A stretch of 63,082 nucleotides of DNA, counting the filler, from Octopus bimaculoides (lineage: Eukaryota): the NCBI RefSeq assembly GCF_001194135.2. It is 4 parts of 4 records of this genome, joined end to end, with 100 filler letters (N's around TTAATTAATTAA, not from the genome) between each part and the next. Parts side by side here need not be neighbours in the genome. Positions count along the whole stretch, not along the records: positions 27,295 to 42,061 come from NC_068985.1; positions 42,162 to 61,809 come from NC_068982.1; 2 more parts are not named here. One strand, 5' to 3'. The first letter of the stretch is position 1, and each line of letters opens with the position of its first letter. Below, piece after piece: positions 38,769 to 51,762 of the stretch. The translations under genes were made by a program, and so were the position numbers. The notes under the pieces are model-generated. The model was not told the DNA's origin. It ran no database searches and worked only from the letters and a program-made list of their open reading frames with translations.

Positions 38769-39231
38769 ATGAGGACAAATATCCGCCAATTGTAAATAAT
38801 GTACATAATTCCTCATCTTTTAAATACAGAACTGTACAGTTATTTAATATAACAAAACTAGCGACAAATTAATAGCATTATATATAATATGGCTAGGTTG
38901 AAATAGAGTATGGCTTATTTCTTCATGTAATTCAATTTGTTCGTGAAATTACATCTAACAATGAGGATCTGCGATTATAATCCAGAATAATTGTATGCAT
39001 TTGTAATTTCAATATTCGAATGGCGTTTAGTTAATGCTTTCCTATGTTAAATTGTAAAAGAAACTCCCAATATTATTTGATCATGACAAAAACAGGAAAC
39101 ATAGATTCATTTGAAGTGTCAACATATAAAAGTGTTCGAGATGTAATGTGTTACCTTCAAAAGAGAATGGTGTAGATTTTCCCGTAGCATTTGCCTATAA
39201 CATTGTATATATTATCATACTATGTTATATA

Positions 39232-40380
39232 TTGGGTTGGTAAGAAGGTAATTTTAGTTTTTTTAGTATGAAATAAAAGTATTTCTTCTATATTTAATTG
39301 ATTAAAGTATGAACTTTAATCAATTATATACATTTCCATTTTGTTCGATGAACTTATGCCATCTTTCTTGCAACATCATCATTCAACGCTTATGGAACTT
39401 CTGATCCTTATCAGCCAAAAACTGAAGCAAGTGCTATTTCAGGTCATCATAGTTATTGAAAATTTTACTATTCAAAGACTTTTGCAAACTTCGAAATAAA
39501 TGATAACCTGATGGTGCAAGGCCCGGGCCAAATGGTGGATGTGACATCACTTCTCAACCAAGCTCTAATAATTTTTTACGAATGAGCAAATATGTGTGGT
39601 CTAGCGTTGTCATGGTGGAACACGATTCCTTTACGATTTGCCAATTCTGGCCGTTTTTGTTTTTTATTACTGCTACCAGTTTCATTAGTTGTTGACAGTA
39701 AAGATCTGAATTTATCCTTTGTTTCCATAGACCTTTTTTTTATGGAATTCAGTTTCGATGTGGTTTGTGCTGGTTCATTACGCTTGGACCATGATCGTTT
39801 TCGATTGATGTTATTGTAGGCAATCCATTTTTCATTAACAGCAGTCATTCGTTTCAAAAAGGTTGATTTTATTGCGTTTGAGATGCATATCGGAAATATT
39901 GATTCGTTGTGTTAAGTGAATCCCTTAATATCTGTGGAACCCTAATATCGAGCTCCTTAACGAGACCAAGGCATTCAAATTGATGTCCCATTGTTGTGTG
40001 TGATACATTTAATCTCTCCGCAATACTCGCGCAGTTATATGACAATCAGTTTCAATTAGGACAATTAGATTCAATTGATTCAGGCATCATCAACATCAGT
40101 AGGTCGACCAGAAAGTTGGTTATATTTGAATGAAAATTTTCCAGATCGGAATATTTTAAACCATTTCTGACATGTGCGTTCTCAGAAGCAATCATCAGCA
40201 AAAACTTCACATATCTCTTTCTTTTTTTGCCTTTACGGAAATAAAAAAAAGCAAAATATCGCGAAAATGTCCGTTTTGCACCCCATGTTAAAACTGACTC
40301 TGAACTAACAACTATTAATAAAATTACGCGCAATTTCTAAAGTAAGCTAAAAGTAAGGGCTATCAAAACATAACATTGAC
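39232..40380 (-). mobile_element. Second mariner element, heavily pseudogenised; 5' TIR not seen
   Basis: TA|TTGGGTTGGTAAGAAGG terminus. Minus strand reads GRPTDVDD, AVNEKWIAYNNINRKRSW, FHHDNARPH, and HPPFGPGLAPSGYHLFRSLQ (cf. HPPYSPDLAPSDYHLFRSLQ). Confidence 0.92.
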
Positions 40381-41416
40381 AAGAGTCATTCAAAGAAATC
40401 GTAACTCTGTCTATTTGCAAAAGGACGANNNNNNNNNNNNNNNNNNNNNNNNNNNNNNNNNNNNNNNNNNNNNNNNNNNNNNNNNNNNNNNNNNNNNNNN
40501 NNNNNNNNNNNNNNNNNNNNNNNNNNNNNNNNNNNNNNNNNNNNNNNNNNNNNNNNNNNNNNNNNNNNNNNNNNNNNNNNNNNNNNNNNNNNNNNNNNNN
40601 NNNNNNNNNNNNNNNNNNNNNNNNNNNNNNNNNNNNNNNNNNNNNNNNNNNNNNNNNNNNNNNNNNNNNNNNNNNNNNNNNNNNNNNNNNNNNNNNNNNN
40701 NNNNNNNNNNNNNNNNNNNNNNNNNNNNNNNNNNNNNNNNNNNNNNNNNNNNNNNNNNNNNNNNNNNNNNNNNNNNNNNNNNNNNNNNNNNNNNNNNNNN
40801 NNNNNNNNNNNNNNNNNNNNNNNNNNNNNNNNNNNNNNNNNNNNNNNNNNNNNNNNNNNNNNNNNNNNNNNNNNNNNNNNNNNNNNNNNNNNNNNNNNNN
40901 NNNNNNNNNNNNNNNNNNNNNNNNNNNNNNNNNNNNNNNNNNNNNNNNNNNNNNNNNNNNNNNNNNNNNNNNNNNNNNNNNNNNNNNNNNNNNNNNNNNN
41001 NNNNNNNNNNNNNNNNNNNNNNNNNNNNNNNNNNNNNNNNNNNNNNNNNNNNNNNNNNNNNNNNNNNNNNNNNNNNNNNNNNNNNNNNNNNNNNNNNNNN
41101 NNNNNNNNNNNNNNNNNNNNNNNNNNNNNNNNNNNNNNNNNNNNNNNNNNNNNNNNNNNNNNNNNNNNNNNNNNNNNNNNNNNNNNNNNNNNNNNNNNNN
41201 NNNNNNNNNNNNNNNNNNNNNNNNNNNNNNNNNNNNNNNNNNNNNNNNNNNNNNNNNNNNNNNNNNNNNNNNNNNATATATATGTATGTATGTATGTATG
41301 TATGAATGTATGTATGTATATATATGCTTTCGGTGCCAATGGTTTTGTTATATGAGGCGGTATTTTACAATCCTGTAAATAGCAATGATAAAGGTATTCT
41401 TATATAACATTAATGT

Positions 41417-41652
41417 TTATGGCGTTCACCGTGCAATTACTAAGCAAAATAGTCTAATAACGAGGCATATAAGCACTTGACAGAAAAAAGAAGGCTTTCC
41501 TATCTGTGTGAAGGTACCACACTTATTCATGTTAACAATGGGATGTGGGTTCACGTCACACGCAGATGGGAAAGCCTTCTTTTTTCTGTCGAGGGCTTAT
41601 TTGCTCCGTTATTAGACTATTTTCGTTACTCATTGCACGTTGAACGGCATAA
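41417..41652. mobile_element. Fold-back / MITE-like element with 94-bp inverted arms
   Basis: 41417-41510 versus the reverse complement of 41559-41652: about 13 mismatches in 94 bp by eye, no indels, 48-bp spacer. Confidence 0.8.
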
Positions 41653-41740
41653 GCTTTGAGCTTATATAAAAATACGATTATTTTTATTTACAGCATTGCA
41701 AAATACGGCACCGTATAATAAAGCCATTCGCACCGAAAGC

Positions 41741-41771
<31 letters not shown>

Positions 41772-41774
41772 TAT

Positions 41775-42058
41775 GCTTACTATGTGGATTTCTTACTCGG
41801 AAACTGAAAGTAGACTGTCGTATATATGTATATATTTGTAAATGTGTGTGCCTGTGTCTTGTGTTTGTGCCCCCATCATTGCTTGACAACTGGTGTTGCT
41901 GTGTTTACATTTCCGTAACTAAGCAGTTTGGTAAAAGACACTGACACAATGCGTACTACGCTCACAAAGAATAAATTCTGTGGTTGATTTCTTCGACCAA
42001 CGGCGGTGCTCCACCATGGCCGCAGTCACATGACTGAAACAAGTAAAACAATAAAAAT
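41775..42058 (+). mobile_element. tRNA-derived SINE, family B (3' two-thirds)
   Basis: GGAAACTGAAAGTAGACTGTCGTATATATG...GCTTGACAACTGGTG...GGCGGTGCTCCACCATGGCCGCAGTCACATGACTGAAACAAGTAAAA. Confidence 0.85.
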
Positions 42059-42061
42059 CTA

Positions 42062-42161
42062 NNNNNNNNNNNNNNNNNNNNNNNNNNNNNNNNNNNNNNN
42101 NNNNNTTAATTAATTAANNNNNNNNNNNNNNNNNNNNNNNNNNNNNNNNNNNNNNNNNNNN
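42062..42161. other. Assembly linker 44N-TTAATTAATTAA-44N
   Basis: Same 100-bp construct as at 27195. Confidence 0.92.
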
Positions 42162-42192
<31 letters not shown>

Positions 42193-42825
42193 ACAGATAT
42201 CTGATTTAGAAGAAAAGGAAAGGCGCTTACAGAGCCTGCGTCTGTTGTAAACCGTATAACTGCACTAACTTCTAAACCTAAGCGACATCGTAACTCTTGA
42301 TTCCCTAAATTAGTATACTTAGATTAAATAGTGACATACTAATGACGTATTAATGAGAAGTTCTATCGATACAGTCTTCAAGGTACTGTATAATACAGGA
42401 AATCTAGAAAAGGATGTATGTATGAGTGTGTCTATTTACTCATACAGGCTGTTAATATATTTGTCAGTCACAAATATATTAACATCATACATATATTTAT
42501 ACAACCCTTATATACATGTGTGTGTGTGTTTTTGTGTGTTTGTATTGGTGGATGTGGACGTTCGTGGAGATATGTTCTCGCTTGGAGATTGCAGTGGCGT
42601 GAAACTCTAGCCGTGAGAAAAATCTCAGCGTCAGTGGCAATAAAATAACTGATATATATATTTACACACACACACAATTTATATATGTGTGTGTGTGTTT
42701 GTGTGTGTGTGTGCACGCGCGTGTGTGTGTATACACATAGACATATGTGCCATTGAAAAGATTCCTTAAAAGCTGAAATCCATCTGGCGTACTCGCTGGC
42801 TGCTGCTGCAATGAATCGCCTCCTT

Positions 42826-42881
<56 letters not shown>

Positions 42882-43097
42882 GACATTTACTGTGTTTTTA
42901 ACACAGCAAGTTCATAAGAAATGTTTTCTCAGAACAAATACAGTAGTAACTGGTCTATCAACCGTGTGCATACATTAAATATGATACATAGATGCCACTC
43001 TTCCTCTCTGTCTTTCTCTATCTCTTCCTCCCCCTCTTTCTCTCTTTCTCTCTTTCTCTCTCTCTCTCTATATGTATATATATATACACAGACACAC

Positions 43098-43133
<36 letters not shown>

Positions 43134-43446
43134 CCGTGTGTATATATATGTAAATTTATATACACATTCATAGATACATACACACGCACAAATACATACA
43201 TACTTGCAGGCACACACACATACACACATACATACACGCACAAACACTCACAAATACACACATACGTATATACATATATACATATAAACCCTACATATAT
43301 TATATCATCGTTTGTGCTAAATCACAGGTATACTTAGGGGAAAACACTTATTGAAACTTATAGGACTCAAGCTTGATTCATAATATGCAGGTAAGCTGAC
43401 AAAATTACGAACTTTAGCTGATGTATTTTGCAACTAACTTCACCGT

Positions 43447-44340
43447 TAGCAGTCCATAAACGTATATACGAACGAGTTGTGTAAACTTCTTGCAATTTCA
43501 GTCGACGTTCGTAAGAATTTATTTGATTTATTACTAGTTTGCTCAGTCAATAAACCTAGAAGACTTAAAAAACGTCTATGTATAGTTTCACGACAAACGC
43601 TTCTAAATGACAAATAACCATGGGTCCCATATATTTTTAAAAACTTCATTCGAACGTTTGTCATTTCTGTATCGTAAGACAGTACTATTTTTTGCAGCTA
43701 GGTTGACAACTTTCATGATAACTCGATTATGAAATAAGAATTTGATGTTGGACCCAATTTCTATGCACCAGCCAAGGGATTAATTTGTGATAGACGACTT
43801 CAAGTCGTATAGTCTGGAAACATTCAAATAGCCTATGAAATTAAGTGGTTAGGAGAATAAACCTACAGTTAAAAACTTCGAGAAAAGGTTCAGCATAATA
43901 AAAGCTGATGATATTAAGCTGCTGAAGTGAATGAAACCCGCAGATTTGAATGGTGCTTGGAACAACACGTGACTTTATAAGCTTCCCAAAATCAGAAGGT
44001 GTACATCAGATTTGGAAAGATATTATGACATTTGCAAATGATGTAGGGTTTGGAAAAGTTGTAGAAGATGATGTGATTGAATTGCCAGTGTCCCAGAGAG
44101 TAAATTTATCTAATAAGGAGCTGGTGCCGTTAGAACCAGACAAGTTAGGAATACAGATGAGAATACGGAAGTTGTAGCAATTCCACTTAGATTGACTGTA
44201 ATGAGTATTGCTAAAGGTCTTCAAGGGTTCGCTGAAAACAACTTTAATCCTGAACGTAACGTAAAAATTACAAGAGGAGTTTACAATGAGTACAGTTCCT
44301 ACAGTGATTGTGCGAGGTGATGATGCGCCATAAATATCAA
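43447..44340 (+). mobile_element. Tigger/pogo-like DNA transposon remnant
   Basis: GFGKVVEDDVIELPVSQRVNLSNKELVPLE resembles the Tigger C-terminal GF.EV...DV.ELL.SH...LSNE.L..LE. Upstream degenerate QP.D..VI..FKSY and LNGAWNN. A TIR-like TACGAACGAG...GACGTTCGTAAG lies near 43447-43515. Boundaries approximate. Confidence 0.6.
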
Positions 44341-45065
44341 ACAACTTCGGGTAAGCTCGTCAAGGAGATGATGATGCTGATGGTAAAGTGAGATGGAAGC
44401 TAATGCCCCTTATCTTCCCAGTAATTTACATCCCATCATCACCTCTGCCCACACCATAGGACGCACGCTATTACAATATTGAAGAGTGCAATACTTCTGT
44501 AACGTGAAGGAACAAACAATCTATCTATCTATCTATCCATACACGCACACTCATGTATATATATATTTATATACACACATGTATATATATATATGTATAT
44601 ATATATANNNNNNNNNNNNNNNNNNNNNNNNNNNNNNNNNNNNNNNNNNNNNNNNNNNNNNNNNNNNNNNNNNNNNNNNNNNNNNNNNNNNNNNNNNNNN
44701 NNNNNNNNNNNNNNNNNNNNNNNNNNNNNNNNNNNNNNNNNNNNNNNNNNNNNNNNNNNNNNNNNNNNNNNNNNNNNNNNNNNNNNNNNNNNNNNNNNNN
44801 NNNNNNNNNNNNNNNNNNNNNNNNNNNNNNNNNNNNNNNNNNNNNNNNNNNNNNNNNNNNNNNNNNNTATATATATAACAAGAACTTATTTTCAGCTCAT
44901 CGTTCTTCGATAAAAGAAAGATCTGCAACCTTCCGTCTCAATAAACCATTATTGTGCCTGAAAGTTGTTTTTATATATTCACTACAGATTGCTCGAAGCT
45001 AACTTTCTTCCTACACCTCGACCCCTGGATCTTACATTTGTGTATATATATATATATATATATAT

Positions 45066-45219
45066 ACGACGGGCTTCTTTTAGTTTTCGTCTACCAAATC
45101 CACTCACAAGACTTTGGTCGGCCCGAAGCTATCGTAGAAGACACTTAGTCAAACTGTCACTCAGTGGAACTGAACCCGGAAGCATGTGGCTGGGAAGCAA
45201 GCTTCTAACCATACAGCTA
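45066..45219 (-). mobile_element. tRNA-derived SINE, family B (5' part)
   Basis: ACGACGGGCTTCTTTTAGTTTTCGTCTACCAAATCCACTCACAAG...GGAACTGAACCCGGAAGCATGTGGCTGGGAAGCAAGCTTCTAACCATACAGC is the reverse complement of the head. Confidence 0.85.
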
Positions 45220-45300
<81 letters not shown>

Positions 45301-45515
45301 CCTCTCTGCATATATATGTATGTATCTGTGTTTGGCACACATGGGTAACGTTTTGTTAAAGCCACATCGACTTTCATCCTTCCCTTCCAGTAAATTGTGT
45401 TGGAGACCAGGAATGTATCTGGATGGATTCAGTCAGTTATGCTGCTTCCAAAGAAAACTGTTACCTTGTACCAAGGCAATGTGTGTGTGCGTATTTGCAT
45501 GTATGTGCAGATAAT

Positions 45516-45586
<71 letters not shown>

Positions 45587-45904
45587 CAAAAGGGAGAAAG
45601 AGACAAAAAGTTAAAAGAAAGAATGACCGGATAACTGATTGAAAGAATGAGAAAAGGCAAGAAATAATGAAGGAAAGTATGCAATGATTTACGAAAGAAA
45701 AAAAAGAGTTAAATAGAAAAGACGAAACGAATTGCGTAAGAAAGGTAGAAAGTAGCAAAGCTGAAGGAAGATAAAATATAGAGAGATGAAATGGTAGGGA
45801 GGAATGGAAAAATGGAGTGGAGAATAAGGAAGGAAGAAAGATTAGAAATGAAGGAAGAAAGGACGATTGGAAGAGAGACAGCAACATAAATCAAAGGGGA
45901 AGAA

Positions 45905-45983
<79 letters not shown>

Positions 45984-46559
45984 TTATCTATATGTGTGTA
46001 TGTGTATATCAGTGTGTATATGTTTACACACACACATACACGTTGATAAAGTTATTCTCCGTTCAAATCCGCCTTACGTTACCTATGTATGTATATATGT
46101 ATGTATGTATATTAAATTGTGTGCATCTGTGTGTAAGCAAATACGTGTGTGTGCGTGTACGCGCAAGTGTGTGTAAACATATATATATATATATGTATAT
46201 ATATTTATATATCTGTGTGTGTGTATGTGTGTGTGAGTGTGTGTGTGTGTGTGTGCGAGCGTGCGTGCGTGTGTGTGTGTGTGTATGTATATATTTGAAA
46301 TTCATGTAAAGAACGAGTGTATGTACGTGGTGTGTCCGTGTGGCAGGGATAGAAGAGACAGACAGTAAGAGAAAGAGAGAGAGGAAGAGAGATGGGAGGA
46401 GTAGTAAAAGAGCAAACGAGAGAGAGAAAGACACAGAGAGTGAGGGGGGAGTACAGAAGAGGATAAAATGAGAGTGATGAAGAGGAAATAAGAATGAGCA
46501 TCTTTACAGACAGCAGAGCCTATGTCAAACAGCGTCAGCTTTTTTTTTTTTTTCATTAT

Positions 46560-46680
46560 TATATTGTGGTTGATTGGTTTACGAGCGAATGCTGATGGTT
46601 AGACTGCTGCTTGGTTGGTGCAGCCTGGTCGGTGCAGCTTCGTTGGTGCAAACTGTTGCAGACACGTGATCATTCTAAGC
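46560..46680. promoter_or_regulatory. Candidate cis-regulatory island (ATTGG, 3x GGTGCA at 14-bp spacing, CACGTG)
   Basis: Motifs at 46573-77; 46617, 46631 and 46645; and 46663-68, in a GC-richer unique block. Function is inferred only. Confidence 0.2.
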
Positions 46681-47228
46681 ATTTTTTTTTTCTTTTTTTC
46701 AAAGAAATTTTCTTGTGCTCTTTGCTCTGGTCAGCAACATCAACAATAAGATGTGTCATCAGGTTCAAACGTCTAATTTCTAACGCGTCTGTAATATCGC
46801 CATATTGGAAAGTCACCATTACTGGACATGTTCATACAAAACATGCTCACAGAAACACATCTCTGCCCATATCTTATACAGGTACACGCGTACATAGAAA
46901 GCATAGAGATACCGTTTATTCATACGATATCCTCAGAGAAGTTACACACACACACACACTCACATACACACATGCACACACGCACACACACACATACACA
47001 CCCCCCCACACACACACGCACACACACACACACACACAAATACGCACATACTCACACACATGGTTGGTGTGTTTTATATTTCTGTTTAACGTTGGCAACT
47101 CTGTCGTTAAATTTCATAGAATGGATTTCATAAATATATTTGGTAGAATGGTCCTACACAGTGGTAATTGCAAATGGAAATATGCTATCCCAAGTAATGC
47201 AACGCAATAAAAGGCTCACAAACACACA

Positions 47229-47278
<50 letters not shown>

Positions 47279-47707
47279 NNNNNNNNNNNNNNNNNNNNNN
47301 NNNNNNNNNNNNNNNNNNNNNNNNNNNNNNNNNNNNNNNNNNNNNNNNNNNNNNNNNNNNNNNNNNNNNNNNNNNNNNNNNNNNNNNNNNNNNNNNNNNN
47401 NNNNNNNNNNNNNNNNNNNNNNNNNNNNNNNNNNNNNNNNNNNNNNNNNNNNNNNNNNNNNNNNNNNNNNNNNNNNNNNNNNNNNNNNNNNNNNNNNNNN
47501 NNNNNNNNNNNNNNNNNNNNNNNNNNNNNNNNNNNNNNNNNNNNNNNNNNNNNNNNNNNNNNNNNNNNNNNNNNNNNNNNNNNNNNNNNNNNNNNNNNNN
47601 NNNNNNNNNNNNNNNNNNNNNNNNNNNNNNNNNNNNNNNNNNNNNNNNNNNNNNNNNNNNNNNNNNNNNNNNNNNNNNNNNNNNNNNNNNNNNNNNNNNN
47701 NNNNNNN

Positions 47708-47768
<61 letters not shown>

Positions 47769-47850
47769 TGTATATGTGTATATTTATATACACATGTAAA
47801 CATATTCATGTTTATATATACATATATATATATATATACATTATATATAC

Positions 47851-47890
<40 letters not shown>

Positions 47891-47912
47891 GTATATATAT
47901 ATATACACACAC

Positions 47913-47949
<37 letters not shown>

Positions 47950-48000
47950 TACATGTGTGTATATATATACATGTGTGTATATTATATATATACACGCACA
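47708..48000. repeat. (AT)n/(AC)n compound microsatellite
   Basis: Seen directly. Similar tracts flank almost every N gap and produce the YI/HT/CV ORFs. Confidence 0.95.
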
Positions 48001-48193
48001 TGTTTGTTGTGTGTCTCTGTATGTGTACTAAATAAATGCAAAATATATAATAGTGAATAGTATTTATGCATATGTGACCGATTATGTAATGTATGTGCAA
48101 ATAGTAAATATATGTCTTTCAATATGCGTGTACTTGCGCGCGCAATTAGGATAAGTACACGTGAGAATGTGGAAGTGTCGTGTGTGTATGTGT

Positions 48194-48271
<78 letters not shown>

Positions 48272-48339
48272 ATCGTAGGCCACAAACAGAATTGCGAAAA
48301 TAATACATGAACGTCATACTGTCTCATTTTCCAATTTTC

Positions 48340-48384
<45 letters not shown>

Positions 48385-48580
48385 TGCAGCAGCAGTAGTA
48401 GTAGTGGTTGGGGTGGTGGCGGCAACTGTGATAGTAATATTTGTAACGTCAGTTAAAGCAGCAGTATTAGCAGCGCAATTAACGGTGCTAGTAATAGTTA
48501 TAATATCAGCTGCTGCAGTGATGGTGGCGGTGGTGGTTGATGTCATAATATTACTATTGAGGATATCCATAATGATGATG
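48340..48580. repeat. (GTA)n grading into a degenerate GTA/GCA/GGT triplet tract
   Basis: Seen directly. Confidence 0.9.
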
Positions 48581-48789
48581 TTGATGGTCGCCAGGGTTCG
48601 GAAAGCAGGAACGTTTGTCCACTTCCGGATTAGTTCATTCACAGGAAGTTGTATTTGTATATTTGTAAAGATTAGAAGTATAAAATCTCTTATAAATTGA
48701 AGTAATGGCTCATTTCATGCTATATTATACATCTAATAAGAAAACAATTCTAGGTTTTGGCACACACACTCAAACACACACACACATAA

Positions 48790-48863
<74 letters not shown>

Positions 48864-49287
48864 GTATATTCATATTTGCGTCTATGTGTATACACAGACG
48901 CGTACACACATATATAACAACCAAATTATTCACAAAAATAGATTTATGGTACAATTCCTCACATATTCATTAAGACGTGCGTGCTTATACGCGTGTAATG
49001 TGTACTTCATGAGAATTAGTGGGTATATGTGTGTGGGTGTGTGTGTGTTTGTGTGTGTACGTGTGTGTGTGCGTAAATATATATATATATTTACATATAT
49101 ATATATATATACATCCATAATTAAATATGTACACATATACAAACACACGCACATATACAAATGCATCTGTGAGTATGTGCGTGTCTTGTCTGTGTGTGTG
49201 TGTCTTGTGTGCGTGTGTGTTTACTTAAATATATGTATTATTCAAATATTAAATATTTACATACAAAAATACCAATATACGCATTTG

Positions 49288-49339
<52 letters not shown>

Positions 49340-49349
49340 GCTACTACTG

Positions 49350-49398
<49 letters not shown>
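49288..49398. repeat. (TAC)n microsatellite
   Basis: Seen directly. Confidence 0.95.
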
Positions 49399-50159
49399 CA
49401 TTCTTACTGCTGCTTCTAAATATTACAAAAATCATAATTATATTAATAATAATACCTATGTATACCAGAGTGTTAATTTGTACGGGCTTGATTTAGCGCA
49501 TAATATGAAAGAAAATCACTTGTGAGACACGTTTGTGTATATGTGTGTATTGAATAAATGTATGTCAATATATCTATATGTTGACGTACAAATATGTATC
49601 TGTTTAAATCCCTACCTTTTTGCCTTTCTTCCTCACCTATATGCTCATCTGTCTCTCTCTCTCTCTCTATATATATATGTATATATNNNNNNNNNNNNNN
49701 NNNNNNNNNNNNNNNNNNNNNNNNNNNNNNNNNNNNNNNNNNNNNNNNNNNNNNNNNNNNNNNNNNNNNNNNNNNNNNNNNNNNNNNNNNNNNNNNNNNN
49801 NNNNNNNNNNNNNNNNNNNNNNNNNNNNNNNNNNNNNNNNNNNNNNNNNNNNNNNNNNNNNNNNNNNNNNNNNNNNNNNNNNNNNNNNNNNNNNNNNNNN
49901 NNNNNNNNNNNNNNNNNNNNNNNNNNNNNNNNNNNNNNNNNNNNNNNNNNNNNNNNNNNNNNNNNNNNNNNNNNNNNNNNNNNNNNNNNNNNNNNNNNNN
50001 NNNNNNNNNNNNNNNNNNNNNNNNNNNNNNNNNNNNNNNNNNNNNNNNNNNNNNNNNNNNNNNNNNNNNNNNNNNNNNNNNNNNNNNNNNNNNNNNNNNN
50101 NNNNNNNNNNNNNNNNNNNNNNNNNNNNNNNNNNNNNNNNNNNNNNNNNNNNNNNNNNN

Positions 50160-50193
<34 letters not shown>

Positions 50194-50607
50194 CATACAG
50201 ATAAATATATATCTTATTATACATGGATGAACACGAAATAATTAGATCTAAGTTGCCTGAAATGTTTAATTAATCAATATAATAGGGAATATCAAACGAA
50301 ACTGGAAATACTTGTGCGTCTCTAGTCGCCCTAATACCTTGAGAATGGAGGATCTATCTCATTGGTTAAACAGAAATTTTGATTACTGTCTACTTGTTTC
50401 GATTGATTAGGGCTCATCTGGGACGAATTAATGGGGGATAGCCATAACTGCAACTACAACCACGTAAAAAAAAATCCTCCTTTTCTCTGCAGATTTGTAA
50501 TCGTCTCCGTAGCAGGCGTTGTCGTTGTTATTGCTGCTGTTTAGTGCTTGGCCCGTCCTGATGAGCAGACCTTTTCCGACTATGACGGACAAGTCCTTTT
50601 CTTTCAG

Positions 50608-50769
50608 ACGTCATACTTCTACGGCCCAACTATCCAGTATGGCTTGTCTTTTTTAAGACGGTACAGCGTGATCCGAGGAAGATGTGTCTTGCAGATTCAA
50701 CAGCTATTTACAAACTCCTTCAGTGACTCATACAAAAGGAAATTAAATCCATTGGGATCCTGGACGCAG
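50608..50769 (+). CDS. Candidate internal exon (TSYFYGPTIQYGLSFLRRY...NPLGSWTQ, 54 aa), unrecognised
   Basis: GTCCTTTTCTTTCAG|162 nt|GTTTGT. Phase 0-0 with a single fully open frame; GC-richer than its flanks. Confidence 0.4.
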
Positions 50770-51722
50770 GTTTGTTGCATGGGTCGCTCACTGTGAAAGT
50801 GTTTAAGCATATATATATATATATATATACTGTATATGTGTATACATATGTACTGTACCTATATATGCATATNNNNNNNNNNNNNNNNNNNNNNNNNNNN
50901 NNNNNNNNNNNNNNNNNNNNNNNNNNNNNNNNNNNNNNNNNNNNNNNNNNNNNNNNNNNNNNNNNNNNNNNNNNNNNNNNNNNNNNNNNNNNNNNNNNNN
51001 NNNNNNNNNNNNNNNNNNNNNNNNNNNNNNNNNNNNNNNNNNNNNNNNNNNNNNNNNNNNNNNNNNNNNNNNNNNNNNNNNNNNNNNNNNNNNNNNNNNN
51101 NNNNNNNNNNNNNNNNNNNNNNNNNNNNNNNNNNNNNNNNNNNNNNNNNNNNNNNNNNNNNNNNNNNNNNNNNNNNNNNNNNNNNNNNNNNNNNNNNNNN
51201 NNNNNNNNNNNNNNNNNNNNNNNNNNNNNNNNNNNNNNNNNNNNNNNNNNNNNNNNNNNNNNNNNNNNNNNNNNNNNNNNNNNNNNNNNNNNNNNNNNNN
51301 NNNNNNNNNNNNNNNNNNNNNNNNNNNNNNNNNNNNNNNNNNNNNNNNNNNNNNNNNNNNNNNNNNNNNNNNNNNNNNNNNNNNNNNNNNNNNNNNNNNN
51401 NNNNNNNNNNNNNNNNNNNNNNNNNNNNNNNNNNNNNNNNNNNNNNNNNNNNNNNNNNNNNNNNNNNNNNNNNNNNNNNNNNNNNNNNNNNNNNNNNNNN
51501 NNNNNNNNNNNNNNNNNNNNNNNNNNNNNNNNNNNNNNNNNNNNNNNNNNNNNNNNNNNNNNNNNNNNNNNNNNNNNNNNAACTGCCCATCCTCTGCGTG
51601 ATGGAAACACGTGTAAGTCGTCGTAACCATAAAAATATGCTGTATGACATTGTAAAATTAAAAGAAATTAATTTTGAGGGTGTACCAGTCTCCATATTTT
51701 TCTATCGCTATGATTATTGCTT

Positions 51723-51762
<40 letters not shown>

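Larger units (their letters stand above)
38495..38836. mobile_element. Non-autonomous inverted-repeat element (Penelope pLTR-like arms) with two hammerhead relics
   Basis: 38495-38605 is the reverse complement of 38713-38803 apart from a deletion in the right arm. The (ATT)n spacer lies between them, and each arm carries a hammerhead motif. Confidence 0.8.

Noticed and set aside
48340-49398. Inverted (GTA)n / (TAC)n pair about 0.9 kb apart as element ends
   Set aside because: Triplet microsatellites are common here, and there is no shared unique sequence or TSD.
50555-50600. CTGATGAG motif
   Set aside because: No stem II or GAAA follows; more likely a scrap of a diverged repeat.
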